A stretch of DNA of 64,000 nucleotides, taken from assembly GCA_964016885.1 (NCBI GenBank), contig OZ024742.1:79174001-79238000 (forward strand). The letters run 5' to 3'. Below are positions 55,096 through 64,000 of the stretch, one piece after another; the first letter of the stretch is position 1, and each line of letters opens with the position of its first letter. The stretch comes from Eledone cirrhosa. Taxonomy: Eukaryota. The notes beneath the pieces are model-generated. The model searched no databases. It was given only the letters and a program-made list of their open reading frames with translations, and was not told where the DNA came from. The position numbers and the translations under genes are program-made.

Positions 55096-55160
55096 TATTT
55101 CATTATACATATTTCAAGGACACCAAGTTAAATTATGGTGTGCTTTCATCAGACAAAATA
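55096..55160 (-). ncRNA. Type I hammerhead ribozyme (family B)
   Basis: Reverse strand reads tattttgt-CTGATGA-aagc acacca taatttaact tggtgt cctt-GAAA tatgta TA-atgaaata. Confidence 0.8.
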
Positions 55161-55258
55161 TAATATAGATCAGTTTTATAAATAAATATTGACATACCCT
55201 TAAAAAATGCTCCCGGAGCTTCCAACAGTAATGGTTTCATTTTTTAAGGGTATGCCAA

Positions 55259-55356
<98 letters not shown>

Positions 55357-55839
55357 TTGAAATAAAATGAAAACGAAATTTCATTTCTCACTCTTAGTAT
55401 GGCACTTACTTAAATGTAAGTATGTATGTATACGTACATACATATATGTATACAGACGTACATAATTTTGCCTTAACACCGTATGGCATAAATTCAGGCT
55501 GTTCAGTTTGTTTACAAACGAACAAAGCGGCGTTGTAATAAGCGTCCGCTAAACTGATGCGTGCATATATGTATGTGTACCTGTATGTATATATATAGAT
55601 GCATGCTACTGTACGTCTGTATACATATATGTATGTACGTATACATACATACTTACATTTAAGTAAGTGCTATACTAAGAGTGAGAAATGAAATTTCGTT
55701 TTCATTTTATTTCAACTTATCGTTTTCGGTATGCCTGATCGATTTAACTCACTCAATATGCAAATTAGGCTGCTCACCCGTTAATTTTCATAAGGAAAGT
55801 ATATACTTTCGAACGTTCAACTATCTGGCAGATGGGTAT

Positions 55840-55882
55840 ACGGTGCTGATGATAGCTAACAAGCTTGAAACTAGTACATCGT
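55840..55882 (+). ncRNA. Minimal type I hammerhead (family F)
   Basis: acggtg-CTGATGA-t agc taacaa gct t-GAAAC ta GTA-catcgt, with palindromic ACTAGT. Confidence 0.88.
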
Positions 55883-56299
55883 TCCTGTGTCAGTGTTGAA
55901 CAAAAAGGTGACGTGGTTGCCTTAACACCGTATGGCATAAATTCAGGCTGTTCAGTTTGTTTACAAACGAACAAAGCGGGCGTTATAATAAGCGTCCGCT
56001 AAACTGATGCGTGCATATATGTATGTGTACCTGTATGTATATATATATATATATATATATGCATGCTACTGTACGTCTGTATACATATATGTATGTACGT
56101 ATACATACATACTTACATTTAAGTAAGTGCCATACTAAGAGTGAAAAATGAAATTTCGTTTTCATTTTATTTCAACTTATCGTTTTCGGTATGCCTGACC
56201 GATTTAACTCACTCAATATTTAAATTAGGCTGCTCAGCCGTTAATTTTCATAAGGAAAGTATATACTTTCGAACGTTCAACTATCTGGCAGATGGGTAT

Positions 56300-56342
56300 A
56301 CGGTGCTGATGATAGCTAACAAGCTTGAAACTAGTACATCGT
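56300..56342 (+). ncRNA. Minimal type I hammerhead (family F)
   Basis: Identical to 55840-55882. Confidence 0.88.
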
Positions 56343-56492
56343 TCCTGTGTCAGTGTTGAACAAAAAGGTGATGTAGTTGCCTTAACACCGTATGGCATAA
56401 ATTCAGGCTGTTCAGTTTGTTTACAAACGAACAAAGCGGCGTTATAATAAGCGTCCGCTAAACTGATGCGTGCATATATGTATGTGTACCTG

Positions 56493-56546
<54 letters not shown>

Positions 56547-56599
56547 TGCTACTGTACGTCTGTATACATATATGTATGTACGTATACATACATACTTAC

Positions 56600-56744
<145 letters not shown>

Positions 56745-56800
56745 TATATATATATATATATATAATCAGAAATGTATAGATAAAAAAATGTTCAAATGTA

Positions 56801-56881
<81 letters not shown>

Positions 56882-57066
56882 CAGAAATGTATAGATAAAA
56901 AATGTTCAAATGTAATCGGCATGGCTCGATGAATAGATCAGCACTTTTTATATTCCTAGGAAGGGAGACGCTAGCAAAATATATTCAGAGTAGATTAAAT
57001 TTATATTCACGCCGAAATTCTCTTACTGCTGAATTCAAAGTGGAAGACCAATATCAATTATCATAA

Positions 57067-58921
57067 CTAGCAGAAAAACCACCGTTCGGGTGGTTTTCTG
57101 CTAGCATGTGTAGTGTGTACATTGATATTATACGCAGTAGATATGTTACATACAATAAAATCGTAATTGACAATATACACAGAAATTGAACGACGACTGC
57201 GTAATCAGTAACGTAATCAGTAACGTAATCCAGTTATGTAATCAGTAACGTAATCCATGATACATTAAAAAGACGATATCTAATATATATTTGTGAAATG
57301 GGCGGTGGTTGAAATTCAGATGTGCACGGTTAAATGGTAGTAGACGTGGTCGGACTGACATGAAAATTTACACACCAATGTAAAAAGTCCCAAGGAAGCA
57401 AATCTCTAACTTGAAAAATGTGGTCCCTGGGGCCCCAAAACTATCGCGTTCGGTGAGTTATTTCCCCTTGTTCTAATACTTTTGTCTTATTTACAATTTC
57501 ATCAACGTTCTTTCGCTGGTAACATACAGTACCAATAATTTGAAAAATATTATTGGAAGTTTATTATAAAGAAGCAGTTTCAGAAAAAGTGTAAACTATC
57601 ATACAAACCTTCATAATATGCATTTTTAAACTTGCATATCATCGACATTGCTATTTCGCTGTTAATAAACTATCATCTTTCTACATTTAACGATCATACA
57701 GTACCATTTTATGAAATCGATTCTGCAATACGGTCACTGTTTTCCATCAAAAGAAATCAAACCCTTGGCGATACTTGGTTTTAGTGTCCTAAATTATCAT
57801 CATCGACATTCAATTATTAGCTCCACCCACTACACCATACGTCACGAAGGTAAATGTTTCGAAAAAATTTTAAACTGTATATCGCACAATATTTTGTTTA
57901 AAGAAATTTTTTTCTGTTGTTAAAAACTGTAAATCTGTTTAAAAAAAAATGTATTTCGCAGCAATTTTTTTTCTGTTAAAAACTGTAAATAAATATTCAT
58001 GTAAAAATGAAACATAGTTTTTCGTTGGAAAACTGTAAATAAATATTTATTTTGTTCAAAAAATAAATCAAAAATCTAATTTTCTCTGTTAATATTTTAA
58101 TAAATATTTATTCTAAAAATTCAATGTTTTTTCGTGTAAAAATGAAGTATGTAAGAAAATGAACATGTAAAAATCAAGCAGCAGCAGCAGCTGATGACTT
58201 GTCGTGACGTATCGTGTAGTGGGTGGAGCTAATAATTGAATGTCGATGATGATAATTTAGGACACTAAAACCAAGTATCGCCAAACCCTTAAATTGCGAA
58301 GAAGGGACACGTGCTTTTATTTTAATTCTAATACATGTTAACCACCACTAACAGTAAGTAGTATTTTTTCAAATTGCATATCATTGACATTGCTATTTCG
58401 CTGTTAATAAACAACGCTTTTCACGTCGCTCCACTTCTCATTGTATGTCGTCCAGCCCCAAGTGCATATTTCTATTTTTTTTCCTGAAACTGCTTCTTTA
58501 TAATAAACTTTCAATAATATATTTCAAATTATTAACTTAATAAAAAGTGGCCCCGGGTGCAACCGGGCTCAGCTGCTAGTTATATATAAACTGCATCAGG
58601 AGAAAATTAGTGACAGAAAATTAGTATGTTTAATAGAGCGATCGCCACCGGATGTGTTGACATCACACACTCCCTCTTTCTATAAATATGGTAGTTGAAG
58701 TGGTTGTGGTGGCGACGATATACCGGAAGTGAAACTTTGAAAAGAAGTCAATTTTAAATCATTTACTTTTACGAAATTATTTTTGTTTACGAAATTGAGT
58801 AGATAAATTATGTAATATTCATTCATTATTTATTCAAAGTAATCCAACTTATTTTACAAACGGGATAAAAAATAAAAAAACCGTACGCAATCCCGCAGAC
58901 CTTCCTTTATTATAGTTTAGA
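57067..58921 (-). mobile_element. Non-autonomous Helitron family 1 (interrupted by a second Helitron)
   Basis: Reverse strand starts TCtaaactataataaagg and ends in a hairpin plus CTAG. Homologous to 4212-5443. Confidence 0.85.
57279..58579 (+). mobile_element. Nested non-autonomous Helitron family 2
   Basis: a|TCtaatatatatttg ... cccgg gtgcaa ccggg ctcagctgCTAG|t. Removing it restores gacgata|ttatatataaactg as seen at about 2501-2521. Confidence 0.88.
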
Positions 58922-59071
58922 TTAATAAAGACAACTCGACGTGAGTATAACTTTATTCTATTCTGAATTTATTTTGCTAAAGATGCTATCGGAATAGCGA
59001 TTCATATATTCCCGGCTGTCCCACTACTCATCCACTGAAACATAAGATTTGAACGTGTGAATGCATAACAT

Positions 59072-59580
59072 GGTGGATTGGCAGTATCGGTAGAGGGTCG
59101 GACGCCATGCTTTGACGCATTGAGTTACGGTCCTTGCCATTCTGAGTTCAAATCCCGCCGAGGTTAACTTTGCCTTTCATCCTTACGGGGTCGATAAAAT
59201 AAAGTACCAGTAATACACTGGGTAATTGGTGGCCTTGTGCTAAAAGTAAAAACAATTATATCTCAGAGTGAACACAATAAGTTATTTGTAATGGGGACGA
59301 CTGAACTCAGAATGGAAAGGGGCATAACTCTATGCGTCAAAGCATGGCGTCTGACCCTCTACTGATACTGCCAATCCACTGGTTTCTTAAGCACAAGGCC
59401 AGCAATTTGATGCGAGGGAGAAGTCGATTAAATCGACCCCAGTGCGTGACTGGTACTTTATTTTATCGACCCCGTAAGGATGAAAGGCACAGTTATCCTC
59501 GGTGGGATTTGAACTCAGACCATAAAGGGCCGTAACTCTATGTTGCAAAGCATCGTCCCCGACGCTTTACCGATACTGCC
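59072..59580. mobile_element. SINE family 1 copies (59072-59258 +, fragment, 59385-59580 -)
   Basis: A/B boxes and core. Confidence 0.85.
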
Positions 59581-59636
59581 TGATAATAATAATAATAAAA
59601 ATGAAGACTAACATTTGCTTAAACTTTGATCTGTTC

Positions 59637-59690
<54 letters not shown>

Positions 59691-59698
59691 TGCTTATA

Positions 59699-59764
59699 TA
59701 TTTTATCTGAAGAAGGCATGCCATATTTCTAATATGGTATCCCTGAAATATGTATAATGAAATA
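59699..59764 (+). ncRNA. Type I hammerhead ribozyme (family B)
   Basis: tattttat-CTGAAGA-aggc atgcca tatttctaata tggtat ccct-GAAA tatgta TA-atgaaata. Confidence 0.8.
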
Positions 59765-59804
59765 AATATGGTTTTATAAATATAGTTTCCATTTGTTTAA
59801 TATC

Positions 59805-59878
<74 letters not shown>

Positions 59879-59882
<4 letters not shown>

Positions 59883-60283
59883 AAATGAAAATCCGAAGGC
59901 AAGGTAAAATTCCAATCATTTAATCATGACACATGTTTCAATAAAAGATAGATCGATTGTGAAGCCATGATCGATTATCACTGATCTCATCAGGTGAAAA
60001 TGAATTGTCTTCAAATTCTTCAAATTCTTGATATGAGGGAGAAAAAATAACGATGTTCTCTCACAGAATTCATTCCCTCATATGGGAATGAATTCTGTGA
60101 GAGAACATCGTTATTTTTTCTCCCTCATATCAAGAATTTGAAGAATTTGAAGACAATTCATTTTCACCTGATGAGATCAGTGATAATCGATAATGGCATC
60201 ACAATCGATCTATCTCTTATTGAAACATGTGTCGTGATTAAATGATTGGAATTTTACCTTGCCTTCGGATTTTCATTTTGATA
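59879..60283. repeat. ~200-bp-arm fold-back with a hammerhead on each arm (family G)
   Basis: Near-perfect palindrome centred at about 60080, following (TA)n. Confidence 0.85.
60164..60237 (+). ncRNA. Type I hammerhead ribozyme (family G)
   Basis: tcac-CTGATGA-(47-nt stem II region)-GAAAC atgt GTC-gtga. A mirror copy lies at 59924-59997(-). Confidence 0.65.
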
Positions 60284-60420
60284 CTTATACTCCGTTTTAC
60301 ATCATCTAGCTGTTCCCTCGAATGGAATTGGAGATATACAAAAGCGTGGAGAACTTAATATTGCTAAAATAAAGTTATTGGACCTTTTTACACAACCAAT
60401 AATGCACCTTATTCTATAAC

Positions 60421-60471
<51 letters not shown>

Positions 60472-60476
<5 letters not shown>

Positions 60477-60529
60477 GTAAGTATGTATGTATACGTACAT
60501 ACATATATGTATACAGACGTACAGTAGCA

Positions 60530-60569
<40 letters not shown>

Positions 60570-60996
60570 CAGGTACACATATATATATGTACGTATCAGT
60601 TTAGCGAACGTTTATTATAACGCCCGCTTTGTCCGTTTGTAAACAAACTGAACAGCCTGATTTATGCCATACGGTGTTAAGGCACCGCGTCACCTTTTTG
60701 TTCAACACTGACACAGGAACGATGTACTAGTTTCAAGCTTGTTAGCTATCATCAGCACCGTATACCCTTCTGCCAGATAGTTGAACGTTCGAAAGTATAT
60801 ACTTTCCTTATGAAAATTAACGGGTGAGCAGCCTAATTTGCATATCGAGTGAGTTCAGTCGGCCAGGCGTACCGAAAACGATAAGTTGTAATATAATGAA
60901 ACGAAATTTCATTTCTCACTCTTAGTACGGCACTTACTTAAATGTAAGTATGTATGTATACGCACATACATATATGTATACAGACGTACAGTAGCA

Positions 60997-61038
<42 letters not shown>

Positions 61039-61411
61039 CAGGTACACATATATATATGTACGTATCAGTTTAGCGAACGTTTATTATAACGCCCGCTTTG
61101 TCCGTTTGTAAACAGCCATGTCCGTTTGTAAACAGCCATACGGCTGCTCAGCCGTTAATTTTCATAAGGAAAGTATATACTTTCGAACGTTCAACTATCT
61201 GGCAGAAGGGTATACGGTGCTGATGATAGCTAACAAGCTTGAAACTAGTACATCGTTCCTGTGTCAGTGTTGAACAAAAAGGTGACGTGGTTGCCTTAAC
61301 ACCGTATGGCATAAATCAGGCTGTTCGCTTGCTTACAAACGGATAAAGAGGGCGTTATAATAAACGTTCGCTAAACTGATACGTACATATATATATGTGT
61401 ACCTGTATGTA

Positions 61412-61461
<50 letters not shown>

Positions 61462-61577
61462 TGCTACTGTACGTCTGTATACATATATGTATGTACGTAT
61501 ACATACATACTTACATTTAAGTAAGTGCCGTACTAAGAGTGAGAAAGGAAATTTCGTTTCATTTTATTACAACTTAT
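60472..61577. mobile_element. Family F array with inversion (hammerheads at 60719-60761(-) and 61214-61256(+))
   Basis: About 1.4 units on the minus strand, then about 1 unit on the plus strand. The junction has a short duplication (tgtccgtttgtaaacagccat x2). Confidence 0.85.
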
Positions 61578-61946
61578 ATATATATATATATATATACTTC
61601 TCTTGAGTCATGTCTTCATCGAAGATGAACCATTCATTTTACTTTTTCCAATGGCTAGAATATATGCGGCTCACCACATCTGCATATTCATAGATTTCCT
61701 CGCTAACTGGAGCAGTTGTGTTAACCAGTTGTCGATCATGTGCGAATCCACTGGTGTTCACGAGGTCATCTAATTAAACTGATGATCGTCGCATGAGCTT
61801 CTACTTACTAAGAGACAAGCATATATAGCGAGGTATAGTGTAAAACATATTTTCTGTTAGATGACTAGGCTTAACATGGTATGGGGATTAGAGAACGCTC
61901 GTTGAATAATGGGGGCATAACTGAAGTTGACAGAAATGTGTGATTA

Positions 61947-62130
61947 ATAATTGCCTCTACTTTAGGCACAAGGCCAGCAATTACTCAGTACATTACTGGT
62001 ACTTTATTTTATAGACCCCGTAAGGATGAAAGACAAAGTCAACCTCGGCGGGATTTGAACTCAGATCGTAAAGGGACGTAACTATGCTGGAAAGCATGGC
62101 GTCCGACCCTCCACCGATACTGCCAATCCA
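61947..62130 (-). mobile_element. tRNA-derived SINE family 1
   Basis: Core and A/B boxes. Another copy lies at 63042-63215. Confidence 0.9.
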
Positions 62131-62618
62131 ATAATGTTTAATTATGTTTAATGTCTTTAGTAATCAGTCATATATGTCATCAGAAAGGCTATAATGAGTT
62201 GAAAATGAAATAATGTTATTGTTTTACATTCAGTTTGCGTGTATTACTAAAAGTATTGGAAAATACAACGGAAATTGATTAAAAAACATGTCACTGCTTG
62301 TCAATAACAACCATACTTTAACAGCCTCTGATTCGTTTCCCTCTTATCATAACACACACAATACCTATTTACCAGGAATGTCGTATCCCATGTTTACTGT
62401 CATCTCTCATAACGACATGATATAGGCCTTTAACCTTTTCTTTGAAGTTGATTTTTAACGTGAACCAAACACTGTAACCCATTTCCGGCAAGTTGAATGC
62501 ATCCATAACCTCAACTGTTTCACTTTTCTACAGCATTACATCTCAACAAAATGTATTATTGTTTGTGTACGTACATACATACATACATACATTCAAGCAT
62601 GCATACATGAATGAATGC

Positions 62619-62718
<100 letters not shown>

Positions 62719-62928
62719 GAAAATAGTCAGGCCCCGACAGCTGAGCTCTGGCCGTTTCGACCGCTAGATCCGAACTCATGCGTTCGGCTCTAGTTGTCGA
62801 AACGACCGGAGCTCAGCCACCCGGGTCCTGACTCTTTCCCTATTACCCACTCTACTACCCTAAGTATCGCGTACTCTGGTGCGTTATAGTCTACCTGATT
62901 TCTTACCTCACTTTCTTTGTTATATATA

Positions 62929-63025
<97 letters not shown>

Positions 63026-63428
63026 GTGTGTGTGTAGAAAAATGGTTTCTACTATAGGCACAAGGCCAGCAATTCACTGAGAGGGGAAAGTCGATTAAAT
63101 CAACCCCAGTGCCTTACTTGTAATTTATTTTCTCGACCTCACAAGGATGAAAGACAAAGCTAACTTCGGTGGGATTTGAAGTCAGACCATAAATGACCGT
63201 AACTCTATGCTGCAAATTAATAAAAAAGGACGAGGAGTTAGATCTTCATTATATTTATTGAGGTGTGCCGCGCGTCTCGCGATTGATGAGCTGAAGGCTC
63301 GATCTGTATCGATCGGGCCCGACTCTGGAATGAAAAGCTCGTCGGACGTCTGTTCTGGTAATGACAGAATGTTTCCATTACAGCTTTGAGAAAATACATA
63401 TCAGTGCTAATTCATATACTTCATAAAC

Positions 63429-63539
<111 letters not shown>

Positions 63540-63631
63540 GTGCGCGAGAGTGTATTAGCTCTGAGTCAAAAACAAAAAAAATTTTTTTTTTCATTCTCGC
63601 TTTTTCATTCTCTGTTTCTTCCTGACTATTA

Positions 63632-63703
63632 TGCAATTACACACCTGATGATGTCACCGGGTTCATACGTAACTTGGCCACTGAAATGTGCATAGTGTTT
63701 GCA
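63632..63703 (+). ncRNA. Type I hammerhead ribozyme (family H)
   Basis: tgcaa..acac-CTGATGA-t gt caccgggtt catacgt aacttggcc ac t-GAAA tgtgca TA-gtgt ttgca, with (TA)n about 60 nt downstream. Confidence 0.78.
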
Positions 63704-63756
63704 GTAATAAAATCTGAAGAAATACAACCTGTCCGGCTTCCTATCATTTTACCCTA

Positions 63757-63847
<91 letters not shown>

Positions 63848-64000
63848 TAGTACATCTACCAACATATGTGTACAGATGTACACTCATGCTAGCAAATATA
63901 TAAGTTATGTCTTAGTACCGATGTGGTTCTATGCAGGTGAATGCAGAACAATTATACGAAAGACGTAAAATAAGAAAATTTTAAAAATTAAAAATCAACT

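Overview
AT-rich, microsatellite-dense eukaryotic intronic or intergenic DNA. The SINE and repeat landscape suggests an octopus or other coleoid cephalopod (inference). No host protein-coding gene can be supported, and almost all listed ORFs are translations of (TA)n, (CA)n or (CATA)n repeats. The window is a transposon mosaic. It holds about 30 copies of a tRNA-derived SINE and a second CORE-like SINE; decayed LINEs (CRE-type, R4/Dong-type, RTE, Vingi/Ingi-type); two Penelope-like GIY-YIG fragments; a pogo-type transposase relic; mariner and hAT MITEs; and a Helitron nested in another Helitron. The most notable signal is about 24 type I hammerhead ribozyme motifs from about 8 sequence families of short, apparently non-coding elements that mostly sit in (TA)n tracts. 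They show stem covariation, palindromic stem III, tandem (446-593 bp) and fold-back arrangements. Two families have a compensatory U3-A8 core and three have a U-U pair at the base of stem II. Together they resemble a retrozyme / non-autonomous Penelope-like system. All structures were read by eye, and coordinates of decayed elements are approximate.
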